A stretch of 64,000 nucleotides of DNA from contig CAZBFM010000002.1 of assembly GCA_964491455.1 (NCBI GenBank), positions 28,947 to 92,946 on the forward strand, read 5' to 3'. A program made the position numbers and the translations under genes. The notes beneath the pieces were generated by a model. That model was not told where the DNA came from. It saw nothing but the letters and a program-made list of their open reading frames with translations, and did not search any database. Below, one piece after another: positions 30,269 through 38,955 of this stretch (position 1 is the stretch's first letter; the number at the start of each line of letters is the position of its first letter). This stretch comes from an uncultured Candidatus Saccharibacteria bacterium (lineage in GTDB: Bacteria; Patescibacteriota; Minisyncoccia; 2-02-FULL-40-12; GWA2-44-9).

Positions 30269-30718
30269 ATGTTCGCAAAGAAACAACAAAAAGGTTTCAC
30301 GCTTATCGAAATCTTGGTAGTCATCGGTATCATCGCAATCTTGGCAGCAGTTGTTATTGTCGCCTTGAACCCGGCTCGTCAGTTCGCACAGGCTCGCAAC
30401 ACGCAGCGCTGGAGCAACGTCAACACGATCCTCAATGCAGTTGGCCAGCGCATGGCTGACAATCGTGGCATCTGGAAGACAACCTGCGGATCCGCAACAG
30501 TTACACTTCCCGCAACCGCAACGCATATCGGAAGCGGAGCATCTTTGACTGATTTGGAGTCCTGCATCGTAGACACCTACGTCTCAACGATGGTTATGGA
30601 TCCGTCAGACGGTACAAATGCTGATACCGGCTACACAATCGTTAAGTCAACGAACGGCCGTATCACCGTCGCAGCTCCTGCAGCAGAGCTCGAGGAAGTC
30701 ATTTCCGTCACTCGCTAA
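30269..30718 (+). CDS. Type IV major pilin candidate.
   Basis: KGFTLIEILVVIGIIAILAAVV canonical prepilin leader with Glu5, 149 aa, and a strong terminator immediately downstream. Confidence 0.8.
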   Translation: MFAKKQQKGFTLIEILVVIGIIAILAAVVIVALNPARQFAQARNTQRWSNVNTILNAVGQRMADNRGIWKTTCGSATVTLPATATHIGSGASLTDLESCIVDTYVSTMVMDPSDGTNADTGYTIVKSTNGRITVAAPAAELEEVISVTR

Positions 30719-30744
30719 CACTCGTTCGAGTAGGAGGAATACAT

Positions 30745-30775
30745 CACAACGCCCGAAAGGGCGTTGTGTGTTTGT
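30745..30775 (+). terminator. Rho-independent terminator after the major pilin gene.
   Basis: acaacgccc-gaaa-gggcgttgt stem-loop followed by GTGTTTGTG. Confidence 0.65.
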
Positions 30776-30789
30776 GATATACTTGGCAT

Positions 30790-32418
30790 ATGCAAATCAT
30801 GCGAGCATTCTTCGTAACGCTATGCATACTGGTGATCGCTCCAACGGCATTCGCACAAGAATATTTTAGTTTTAATCCTGATTATTCTCGAAGCATTCTT
30901 GTTGCAACGTCTGACGCTCTTTCTGAAGTATTTCTTCCGCTCAATGATTATCTCGGCGGATATGATTTTTGGCTAAGCAATCAGTCAACTCCTGGCGATG
31001 CCACGTTCACCATAGGAACGCTCAGTGGCGAGACCATTGATTCGCAACTCATCTCACTCCCCGCGATCGCAGACAATGAGACGGGATCACGCATACACAT
31101 ATCGCTCCCCGCACAAATCCGCGTCAGTCCTCAGACTCCCTACCGGATCACCATTCAAAGCGCCGCTCCGACACTTCGCATATACTTCTCCGATGCGACG
31201 CAACTCCTAGCCCACAACGGTTCGCCAACTGCGATGTACGCGGGTGGACGTGCCCGCATAGGTGATGAAGATATGGGATTTAGTTTTAAATTTTCTCTGC
31301 ATGAATCAACCGAACGCACCCCACCCATTCTATCAGGTGTATCCGTAGAGCAGCTCTCCCCATCAGAAGCACGACTATCCTGGTATGCCAACGAACCCGT
31401 TGATCACAACCTCATATATAATGACAAAGCGCTCACGTGGTCGTCTGAATATTCGTCGTGCGTAAGCCCCGGTCAACCATGTTCTGTATATTTTGACATT
31501 CAAACCGCCACTACCTATTCCTACACTCTGACCATACGCGACGTCTGGGGTAACACAAGCTCATTCTCGGGAGTATTCATTTCGGCAGGAGAAGCGTCAT
31601 CATCAATTGCACCATCCCCGTCGCCAACAGCGACTAGCACACCAGTAGCCACCTCGACACCAGCTCCAGATGTACAACCACCAATCATCTCCAAGGCACG
31701 ACTTGTCACCGCAACAGCCAGCTCCGCTACATTCGCATGGACAACGAACGAGGCGGCGACAAGCTCTGTGGTAACGCACATTCTTCCTTTTATAATTACC
31801 GCCGGCTGGAATACTGACACAACACTAGAGCTTGAACACTTCGTTACCGTTTCAGGTCTACCCGCTGACACTTTTTTCCGCGCAACGATATCATCGCGCG
31901 ATGCAGCAAATAACGACACGACTCACTACCTACAGTTCACAACACCTTCTGGCGTATCCGTCGCATCGTCGACTCCTACACCAAACGCGACACACACGCC
32001 CTCACCTCTGATCGTCGAACCGGTAATCACAGGCGCTCCGAATGCCCCCCAACTTCGCTGGGCGCCTCCGCTCAATGGAGAGCCTTCCGATGGCTATCGA
32101 ATTGATATATTTGACGCAAACAACAATCTCGTGCGAACGATATCGGTTGCTTCCGGGAGTCATACCGCTGCCCTTGGAATTTCCCCGAGTAGCACTCAGC
32201 GCATCGTTGTATATGAAAATAACAATGGCGTCTATCAAAAGACAGGAGCACCGACCATACTCAAGGGAGCTGCAACTTCAAAGCGCACCTCCTTGTCGTA
32301 CGTTGGGCCAGCGCTCATACTCTTAGGGATCTTCGTGGGCGCGTGGTTGCGAGTGCGCAGGAGAGCAGCTCATGCGCCAACACCCCTTCCACCCACTACA
32401 AAGGTCGAATCACGATAA
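30790..32418 (+). CDS. Secreted, C-terminally membrane-anchored surface protein with FN3-like repeats and Ser/Thr/Pro linkers.
   Basis: Signal peptide MQIMRAFFVTLCILVIAPTAFAQ, a PSPSPTATSTPVATSTPAPD linker, and a C-terminal TM helix plus basic tail (LILLGIFVGAWLRVRRR). Confidence 0.6.
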   Translation: MQIMRAFFVTLCILVIAPTAFAQEYFSFNPDYSRSILVATSDALSEVFLPLNDYLGGYDFWLSNQSTPGDATFTIGTLSGETIDSQLISLPAIADNETGSRIHISLPAQIRVSPQTPYRITIQSAAPTLRIYFSDATQLLAHNGSPTAMYAGGRARIGDEDMGFSFKFSLHESTERTPPILSGVSVEQLSPSEARLSWYANEPVDHNLIYNDKALTWSSEYSSCVSPGQPCSVYFDIQTATTYSYTLTIRDVWGNTSSFSGVFISAGEASSSIAPSPSPTATSTPVATSTPAPDVQPPIISKARLVTATASSATFAWTTNEAATSSVVTHILPFIITAGWNTDTTLELEHFVTVSGLPADTFFRATISSRDAANNDTTHYLQFTTPSGVSVASSTPTPNATHTPSPLIVEPVITGAPNAPQLRWAPPLNGEPSDGYRIDIFDANNNLVRTISVASGSHTAALGISPSSTQRIVVYENNNGVYQKTGAPTILKGAATSKRTSLSYVGPALILLGIFVGAWLRVRRRAAHAPTPLPPTTKVESR

Positions 32419-32935
32419 ATCGCCGCTTAAAGGCCGGAAGGAACGAGGCAAGGGAGCATGAGCGAATGCCACGCTCTTCGGTCTCCTCTTCGGGATCGTT
32501 GTAGTAGACATACCCATCTTCATATCCAGTGATCACAACGATATGCCCACCGCCTCGTTCTGGATCAAATCCTGAAAAAACGCTCGCCAGAACCGGTCCA
32601 CTGAGAAGATTTTCAAGAAGCTTCTCCCATGCAAGCTCCGCGCTTAGCGGTGTTTTCCCCTGCAACGCGAAGTCCTCATTGAAACCCGTGTACCCAAATT
32701 GCTCGGCAAGCCGAGCCAGTCCGGAATGTATCCATCCGATGCCCTCGCGATAGGCTCCGATGGCTAACCCATCTTCGAGTAATACGCGCAAAGTCGGCAG
32801 TGTATTTTTCACGTCCACAGAATTCCAATACGCCAGCACCATCAAAAGAGCCGTTACGCCGCAACCACGCGAGCGCCACTCGTGACGCTCGATGTCCGCA
32901 TGCTGTGAATAGAATGGAACAAGAAAGCGCGGCAT
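32396..32935 (-). CDS. Peptidase C39-like (papain-fold Cys/His) domain protein.
   Basis: RGCGVTALLMVLAYW (catalytic Cys context) and GGGHIVVITGY (His). About 180 aa, matching the stand-alone C39_2-type architecture. Confidence 0.55.
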   Translation of the reverse strand: MPRFLVPFYSQHADIERHEWRSRGCGVTALLMVLAYWNSVDVKNTLPTLRVLLEDGLAIGAYREGIGWIHSGLARLAEQFGYTGFNEDFALQGKTPLSAELAWEKLLENLLSGPVLASVFSGFDPERGGGHIVVITGYEDGYVYYNDPEEETEERGIRSCSLASFLPAFKRRFIVIRPL

Positions 32936-32957
32936 GGCGTGTACAAACTATCTGCTG

Positions 32958-33030
32958 TGGACCCTAGCAGGTTCGAACTGCTGACCTCCTCATTGCAAAT
33001 GAGGCGCTCTACCAGCTGAGCTAAGGGCCC
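32958..33030 (-). tRNA. tRNA-Ala (anticodon UGC).
   Basis: Reverse complement GGGCCCTTAGCTCAGCTGGTAGAGCGCCTCATTTGCAATGAGGAGGTCAGCAGTTCGAACCTGCTAGGGTCCA. It has the G3:U70 Ala identity pair, anticodon loop TT-TGC-AA, a T-loop GTTCGAA, and no encoded CCA. Confidence 0.9.
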
Positions 33031-33041
33031 GTATACCGCGG

Positions 33042-33113
33042 TGGGCGATCTAGGAATCGGACCTAGGACCTCTGTCTTATCAGGACAGCGTTCTACCACT
33101 GAACTAATCGCCC
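33042..33113 (-). tRNA. tRNA-Ile (anticodon GAU).
   Basis: Reverse complement GGGCGATTAGTTCAGTGGTAGAACGCTGTCCTGATAAGACAGAGGTCCTAGGTTCGATTCCTAGATCGCCCA, with anticodon loop CT-GAT-AA. Confidence 0.9.
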
Positions 33114-33230
33114 AATACACCCCACAAGGAACGGCTCATAGTACCAGCTTTTGAGCCTACTGACAATACACTCAAAACCCGCACAGAACATTGCCAAAAT
33201 TGATGCTCTATGCTATTATACATCAACTCT

Positions 33231-33785
33231 ATGACCGACACGAAGACACTCACTTCGGTCAACAATGCCCTCAAGGAGAAATTCAAGGGTAAAAAGCTTG
33301 TTTTTGGACAGGGCGTTGTTGGCGCGAAAGTCGTCGTTGTCAGTGAAATGCTCGGTGCTCACGGCGAAAAAGATGGCTCACCCGTTGGCGGCCCTCATCT
33401 CAAGCTCATCAATAAGCTCCTTCGCGATGCTGGCATTGATCGGAAGAAGGTGTACTTTACGAACGTCGTTAAGTATCGACCTGATGCCGACAAGGCACCG
33501 TCGCCCAAAGAGATAAAGAGTCACGCTACGTTCTTGAAGGAAGAAATCCGCACGGTTAATCCTGAGATCGTGGTTACTCTTGGCAATCTTGCACTCAACG
33601 GCGTTGGCCTTCGAATTCCCGTAGAAAATGTCCACGGTAAAACATTTCCCCTTGGTGGCTACCGACTCTTGCCTACCTTCCATCCTGAGCGCGCGCTACG
33701 AGACCCCGGAGCAAAGACGCTCCTGGAAGCGGACTTCGCAAAACTCAAAGAGCTCTTCAAACTCCCGAAGCTCGAAGCCAACTAA
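33231..33785 (+). CDS. Uracil-DNA glycosylase superfamily protein (family 4/5-like, atypical motifs).
   Basis: The PVGGPHLKLINKLLRDAGIDRKKVYFTNVVKYRP region matches the UDG family-4 core (F/PVG...L...GL.R..VY.TN.VK.RP). Motif A reads GQGVVG rather than GEGPG. The KCRP cysteine is Tyr, and no Fe-S cysteine set is present. Confidence 0.6.
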   Translation: MTDTKTLTSVNNALKEKFKGKKLVFGQGVVGAKVVVVSEMLGAHGEKDGSPVGGPHLKLINKLLRDAGIDRKKVYFTNVVKYRPDADKAPSPKEIKSHATFLKEEIRTVNPEIVVTLGNLALNGVGLRIPVENVHGKTFPLGGYRLLPTFHPERALRDPGAKTLLEADFAKLKELFKLPKLEAN

Positions 33786-33813
33786 AAAATCACCTCCCGA
33801 GAGGTGATTTTTT
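33784..33813. terminator. Bidirectional rho-independent terminator.
   Basis: aaaaaatcacctc-ccga-gaggtgatttttt, a perfect hairpin flanked by A- and T-runs. Confidence 0.8.
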
Positions 33814-33815
33814 AG

Positions 33816-34808
33816 TTATGATTTTCGAGCAACGACCCTTCGTGCGGCTTGAACGATAGCGTGAGCATCCAACCCAAATGCTGCCATGAGCTCAGACGGC
33901 GTACCCGACTCTCCGAAACGATCGCGTATCCCGACATACTCCATCGCGATAGGGTAATGCTGCGCAAGAAGCTCAGCGACTGCCGACCCCATACCCCCGG
34001 CAACCTGATGCTCCTCTGCTGTAACCATTGCGTTGCACTTCTTTGCAGCGTGGAGAATGACCTCATCATCAAGCGGTTTTATAGTGTGATTATTGATAAC
34101 CATTGCTTGGATGCCATGCTTCTCCAGCATCTCCGCAGCGACAAGCGCTTCATACACCATGGTTCCACATGCCACAATCGCCACATCGTCACCATCTCGA
34201 AGGATAAGTGCTTGGCCGATCGCAAATGGCGTTTCAGGGAGCGTGATTATCGGTGTCTTCTCGCGAGCGAGACGCAAGTAGCTGGGCGCGCTCGTCGCAG
34301 CAATTGCGCGGGTTGCCTTGCCAGCCTCAATCGAATCACACGGCACAATCACCTGCATACGCGGCAACATCCTCATCAAACCAATATCTTCGAGCGCCTG
34401 GTGCGTGGCGCCATCGGGACCAACACTCACACCCGCATGCGCTCCGACAATCTTTACGGGCATATTATTTAAGCAAATGTTCGTTCGAATTTGTTCGTTG
34501 TTGCGTCCCGGACTAAAAGCTGCGTAACTTGCAATAAAGGGGATCTTACCCGCAGCGGCCATACCCGATGCAATCACCGCAAGATTCTGCTCAGCAATGC
34601 CCACTTGAAAGAATCGATGAGGGTATCGCTCGGCGAACCAATGATTGCGAGTGCTCTCGGTAAGATCGGCGCTAAGGACTACAACTCGCTCGTCGTATTC
34701 AGCAGCCTGCACAACGCCATGCCCATAGCCATCGCGAATCGGCTCAGATTGCATCGTCTCGCGTTGAAGCGAGTCGACAATCGGGACCAGCTCTGACAAT
34801 CGTTTCAT
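33816..34808 (-). CDS. tktB: Transketolase C-terminal subunit (pyrimidine-binding and C-terminal domains).
   Basis: Conserved transketolase Pyr/C-terminal fold motifs (GPDGATHQALEDIGLMR, FIASYAAF). It pairs with the N-terminal TPP-binding subunit gene 0.8 kb upstream. Confidence 0.85.
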   Translation of the reverse strand: MKRLSELVPIVDSLQRETMQSEPIRDGYGHGVVQAAEYDERVVVLSADLTESTRNHWFAERYPHRFFQVGIAEQNLAVIASGMAAAGKIPFIASYAAFSPGRNNEQIRTNICLNNMPVKIVGAHAGVSVGPDGATHQALEDIGLMRMLPRMQVIVPCDSIEAGKATRAIAATSAPSYLRLAREKTPIITLPETPFAIGQALILRDGDDVAIVACGTMVYEALVAAEMLEKHGIQAMVINNHTIKPLDDEVILHAAKKCNAMVTAEEHQVAGGMGSAVAELLAQHYPIAMEYVGIRDRFGESGTPSELMAAFGLDAHAIVQAARRVVARKS

Positions 34809-34810
34809 AT

Positions 34811-35212
34811 CTATTTTGGATTACAAACGCCACAAATGCCCTCTCGAACCTGCGTGGATACACGCTCCGAGATAAGCGCTGCGCACATCGTACGCTGGCC
34901 CTCATTTGAACAGTGATCGCTTACTGCGGTGCTAGCAAACGAACCACTTACATCAATGCGAAATAGCCCTGGAGCAGCAGGCAGGCCATCAGCTATAGTG
35001 GCATACAACGAGATCTTATCCGGCCGCGCTATAGTGCTGCGCTCTATAGTCGAAAGTATAAAGGCCATACGCTTTTGAGAGGCTGACTGCAGCGCACTTG
35101 CCTGCATATACTCCAAGCCCGCTACAACGAAAGAAATACCTGCTAGCACAAACATCACGGTTGGAAATAACTGTCGTCGATCAATGGTCATTTGGTGAAA
35201 CAAGTTATGCAA
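34811..35212 (-). CDS. Small membrane-anchored Cys-containing hypothetical protein.
   Basis: N-terminal TM helix (VMFVLAGISFVVAGLEY, TadE/pseudopilin-like) and about 100 aa of soluble region with 3 Cys. Inserted between the two transketolase subunit genes. Confidence 0.4.
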   Translation of the reverse strand: MHNLFHQMTIDRRQLFPTVMFVLAGISFVVAGLEYMQASALQSASQKRMAFILSTIERSTIARPDKISLYATIADGLPAAPGLFRIDVSGSFASTAVSDHCSNEGQRTMCAALISERVSTQVREGICGVCNPK

Positions 35213-35634
35213 TTACGTTGAGAGATTTCATGGATGAGCGTTGCTGCGGACTGACAGATGACCGAATCAGGATCACTGCGGGCGCACCGAGTGTTTACCG
35301 TCGAGAGCGCTTGCGCACGTGCGACACAGACCTCGCGCACGACGCGTGAGCAGGTAGCGCTCGCATTTGGATCCTGAGCATTCGATTGTGAAAAGTCCAC
35401 AACAGGCGTGGGGGCTCCCAATGACATCAGCGCTGCATTCACGATAGACGCTTTCGCCGCAGCGCTTACCGCAATGTCGGAGATTTGCCCAAGGACGCGA
35501 TAGGTTTGCTCATAGGCGAAATTGCGCGCGTTGCCCGCCTCTGCATTCTTATACACACCAAACGTAATCGAGACAATCGACACTAGAACAGAAAAGATAA
35601 GGGCAAGATCGCGTGTCATATTATTGATGCTCAC
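35188..35634 (-). CDS. Small membrane-anchored Cys-containing hypothetical protein, a possible paralog-in-function of the neighbouring small gene.
   Basis: N-terminal TM helix (LALIFSVLVSIVSITFGVY) and a soluble region with 6 Cys. It overlaps both flanking genes by a few codons. Confidence 0.4.
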   Translation of the reverse strand: MSINNMTRDLALIFSVLVSIVSITFGVYKNAEAGNARNFAYEQTYRVLGQISDIAVSAAAKASIVNAALMSLGAPTPVVDFSQSNAQDPNASATCSRVVREVCVARAQALSTVNTRCARSDPDSVICQSAATLIHEISQRNCITCFTK

Positions 35635-36484
35635 TTTCTATTTTACCATGAAGCGTTCGCAACTCCGAAAGAAAAACCTTCGCTTCAGCAGGCTTCGGGG
35701 GGATGCCGTGCCATTTGTAGTCAAATTCAATTTCATGAATTCCCTTACCCGGAATGGTATGCGCGATGATAACGGTCGGCTTCTCGTATATTGCTTTGGC
35801 CTCCTGCACGGCATCCACAAACGCTTCGATGTTGTGCCCATCAACCTCAATGACATGCCAATTGAATGCTTGCCACTTGGCGCGAAGAGATTCCAGTGGC
35901 ATCACATCTTCAGTCATGCCATCGATCTGAATGTTATTGCGATCAACGATTGCCGTCAGATTCGAAAGTCTATATTTCCCTGCTAGCATCGCGGATTCCC
36001 ACACAATGCCTTCATCGAGCTCGCCGTCGCCCATCGAACAATAGGTGTGCCATTTGGCTCCGTCCATACGCGCCGCCAACGCCATGCCGATTGCTTGTCC
36101 CAACCCGGAACCGAGTGGTCCTGACGTGGTCTCGAGTCCCGGGAGTCGCTCTCGTTCTGGATGTCCCTGCAGGCGAGATCCAATCTTGCGCAACGTGAGG
36201 AGCTCGGAGATGGGGAAGTAGCCCGCATGTGCCATGGTTGCGTAGCGTACGGGCGCTATGTGACCATTGGAGAGTATGAATCTATCACGGTCGGGCATGT
36301 CGGGGTTCTTGGGGTCATGTTTGAGCACATGGTAATACATCGCCGTAAAAATATCCGCCATGCCCAGTGGTCCGGCCGTATGTCCAGAACCAGCGGCAAC
36401 AAGCATCTCGATAATGCTCTGACGAATCTCATTCGCCTTCAACTCTAGCTCCTTCACCTTGGTTTCAGAAATATACTCGGACAT
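35621..36484 (-). CDS. tktA: Transketolase N-terminal subunit (TPP-binding).
   Basis: GHTAGPLGMADI, a GDGELDEG-type TPP-binding motif (SMGDGELDEGIVWE) and the HIAPVRYA region. 287 aa. Confidence 0.85.
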   Translation of the reverse strand: MSEYISETKVKELELKANEIRQSIIEMLVAAGSGHTAGPLGMADIFTAMYYHVLKHDPKNPDMPDRDRFILSNGHIAPVRYATMAHAGYFPISELLTLRKIGSRLQGHPERERLPGLETTSGPLGSGLGQAIGMALAARMDGAKWHTYCSMGDGELDEGIVWESAMLAGKYRLSNLTAIVDRNNIQIDGMTEDVMPLESLRAKWQAFNWHVIEVDGHNIEAFVDAVQEAKAIYEKPTVIIAHTIPGKGIHEIEFDYKWHGIPPKPAEAKVFLSELRTLHGKIESEHQ

Positions 36485-37512
36485 TAGAGCGACTTCGCCG
36501 CTGTCAAAACATGCATGACGAGCGAGTTCGTATACCCAAACTCATTGTCGTACCACGCATACACACAACAGAGATCACCATCCACGACTTTCGTTAAAGA
36601 GAGGTCGGCAATCGAAGCATGAGCGTCCCCGATAATATCCGATGAAACGAGTTGCTCTCGCGTCACAGCAAAGATGCCAGCCCAGCGAGGCTCGCCAGCT
36701 GCCTTCTCGAGCATCTCATTGATTTCTTCGGCAGTCGTTTTCTTCTTGGCCAAAAAGACAATCGCTGAAATTGAACCCGTCACGACCGGTACACGCAATG
36801 CAGAGCCATCAAACTTCCCTTCCATGCCATCAACAACACGACCGACAGCAATGGCGGCACCCGTGGAAGAGGGGGTAATATTCACGGCAGCAGAACGACC
36901 ACGACGATAGTCATTGCCCTTGGTTGGTCCATCGATAAGGCTCTGGGTCGCGGTGTAGCCATGCACGGTGTTCAGAAATGCCTTCTTAATTCCGAGCTCT
37001 TCCTGCAAGATTTGAATCACCGGAGAAACAGAATTGGTTGTGCAGGAACCATTCGACGACAACACGCACGTCGCCAGAGCATCCGCATTCACACCCATCA
37101 GCGCCGTCACTGCGTCGCCAGCATCTTCGTCTTTTGCAGGAGCGGTCAGGACAACGCGCTTCGCGCCTGCATCGACATGAATGCGTGCCTTCTCAAAACT
37201 CTCAAACACTCCCGTTGCCTCAACGACAATATCAATACCAAGATCACCCCATGGCAATTTGCTAGCATCTTTTTCCTGGAGAAACTGGATGCGCCGCTCA
37301 CCAACAACAAGATACCCACGATCATCTGACGACTCGATACGTACCTCGTGGTGATAGCGACCATAGGCCGAATCAAACTTCAAAAGATACGCCAGATTCT
37401 CTGGGTCTCCAAGGTCATTGATCGCTACGACGTTGAGCTCGTCATGGGTCAACGCTAACTTTAAGAAAGCCCTACCGATTCTTCCGAATCCGTTGATTGC
37501 AATAGTTGCCAT
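36484..37512 (-). CDS. gap: Glyceraldehyde-3-phosphate dehydrogenase (type I).
   Basis: NAD-binding IAINGFGRIGR and the catalytic Cys region SNGSCTTNSVSPV. The start was set to the ATG at 37512 (MATIAING), because the longer ORF adds 35 non-conserved residues. Confidence 0.85.
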   Translation of the reverse strand: MATIAINGFGRIGRAFLKLALTHDELNVVAINDLGDPENLAYLLKFDSAYGRYHHEVRIESSDDRGYLVVGERRIQFLQEKDASKLPWGDLGIDIVVEATGVFESFEKARIHVDAGAKRVVLTAPAKDEDAGDAVTALMGVNADALATCVLSSNGSCTTNSVSPVIQILQEELGIKKAFLNTVHGYTATQSLIDGPTKGNDYRRGRSAAVNITPSSTGAAIAVGRVVDGMEGKFDGSALRVPVVTGSISAIVFLAKKKTTAEEINEMLEKAAGEPRWAGIFAVTREQLVSSDIIGDAHASIADLSLTKVVDGDLCCVYAWYDNEFGYTNSLVMHVLTAAKSL

Positions 37513-37556
37513 ATATACTCCATGGTACCATGCCACCATCAAAAAAGACCCCCGCC

Positions 37557-38249
37557 TTATGAACAGGTAGGGGGTGCAGACGTGGTATGCGTCAGGGAAT
37601 GGGGCGGGAAAAAGCAAAGCTCAATGACCGCGGGCGTGAAGACTAGCAGATCGAGCATGAAATGTGCGAAGCTCGCATAGATGAGCGGATCGCTGGTAGC
37701 GCTTGTGAGATATAAATAGCTAAACCAAAATCCCATTGCCGTCTGGAGGATACCGCCGCGCACATTCCACGACATGATTGCATGAAAGAACCCGAACAAG
37801 AGTGAGCTCACCATAATATCTCGCCATGAGCGCACTGGATGTGGCCCAAGCCCTCCATGACGAAATATGAACTCCTCGAGCATCGCGAGAATCGGCAAAT
37901 TGTAGAGAAGAAGCGCCGCGAATGGATACTTCAGCCACGGATGCAAAAGAGGTCGAAAATTGAGATTGCTCGACACGAGTCGCACGGGTCGAAACTTTCC
38001 ATCAACTTGTTCGATGAGCTTTCCGAGAATTGCCATTACCACGAGCATTCCCGCTGAATACCAGAACAGACGCACGATCGGGATGTCGATGATTGCCGCC
38101 TCTGCCGGATGCAGCACCGCATACCAGAACTCATTTGTAAGAACATGCGCTGAAACGGCAAGGTACACGAGCACCGCCGCAAATGCGCATCCGTACAACG
38201 AAGGGAACCACCGTCGAACACACTCTGTAAGCGTAGGCATATGCGCCAC
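37557..38249 (-). CDS. CPBP (CAAX) family intramembrane metalloprotease.
   Basis: Motif 1 LEEFIFRHGG (EExxxR), motif 2 FGFFHAIMSW (FxxxH), and multiple TM helices. Confidence 0.7.
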   Translation of the reverse strand: MAHMPTLTECVRRWFPSLYGCAFAAVLVYLAVSAHVLTNEFWYAVLHPAEAAIIDIPIVRLFWYSAGMLVVMAILGKLIEQVDGKFRPVRLVSSNLNFRPLLHPWLKYPFAALLLYNLPILAMLEEFIFRHGGLGPHPVRSWRDIMVSSLLFGFFHAIMSWNVRGGILQTAMGFWFSYLYLTSATSDPLIYASFAHFMLDLLVFTPAVIELCFFPPHSLTHTTSAPPTCS

Positions 38250-38295
38250 ACCTCCAACGCAGTTAAAGACCGTTGAGCAGGAGCGTATGCCTCTT

Positions 38296-38937
38296 TTATC
38301 TCGGAGTCAATCGGAATGATGTGCGATGTAACGGCGATGGTCCGTGGAGTGCGAGACGCTCATAGTGCAGCTTCGTCCCATAGCCTTTGTGTTTCTCAAA
38401 ACCATACTCGGGATATTTTTTGGCTGCACGAGTCATGAATGCATCACGATGCACCTTCGCAAGAATCGAAGCGCACGCAATCGTAAAGACAATCCGGTCT
38501 CCACCAACGATGGTGCGCTGCTCCAATGCAATATCAGAAATACGACGATTGCCATCCACGAGTACCAGTGGGCGACGTACCGTTGATGCTGCCACGCATG
38601 CATGCACGGCCTTCGCCATTCCATCATGCGTGGCACGCAGAATATTTCGTGCATCGATACTACGCGAGGAGACCACAGAAAGGCGATACGTGAGAAGGCG
38701 CTCCGCTGAAAGCGCGCGAGCAAGCGCCTCACGAGTAGATGCTGTCAAAAGCTTCGAATCCCGGACAGCGCTCAACGCGGGATGTCGAGTACGGAAAAAC
38801 TCGGGGGAGAAGTATGCCGCGCATACAACCACGGGTCCCGCGAGACATCCGACACCCACCTCATCAACGCCAATACAATATCCAAAGCCAGCCCGCAGCG
38901 AGTTGCGCTCGTACCTTGTATGCGGTAGCTTGCTCAT
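38296..38937 (-). CDS. rnhB: Ribonuclease HII.
   Basis: GVDEVGVGCLAGPVVVCAAY (DExGRG active site) and DSKLLT. The start is probably the internal ATG at 38937; the maximal ORF extends to 38994. Confidence 0.8.
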   Translation of the reverse strand: MSKLPHTRYERNSLRAGFGYCIGVDEVGVGCLAGPVVVCAAYFSPEFFRTRHPALSAVRDSKLLTASTREALARALSAERLLTYRLSVVSSRSIDARNILRATHDGMAKAVHACVAASTVRRPLVLVDGNRRISDIALEQRTIVGGDRIVFTIACASILAKVHRDAFMTRAAKKYPEYGFEKHKGYGTKLHYERLALHGPSPLHRTSFRLTPR

Positions 38938-38955
38938 GCTCCCTGACAATACATC

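Noticed and set aside
32940-33210. Integrated mobile element at the tRNA-Ile/tRNA-Ala locus.
   Set aside because: No integrase, transposase or direct repeat of a tRNA 3' end was found in the flanks. The neighbours (C39-like peptidase, UDG) are not phage-like.
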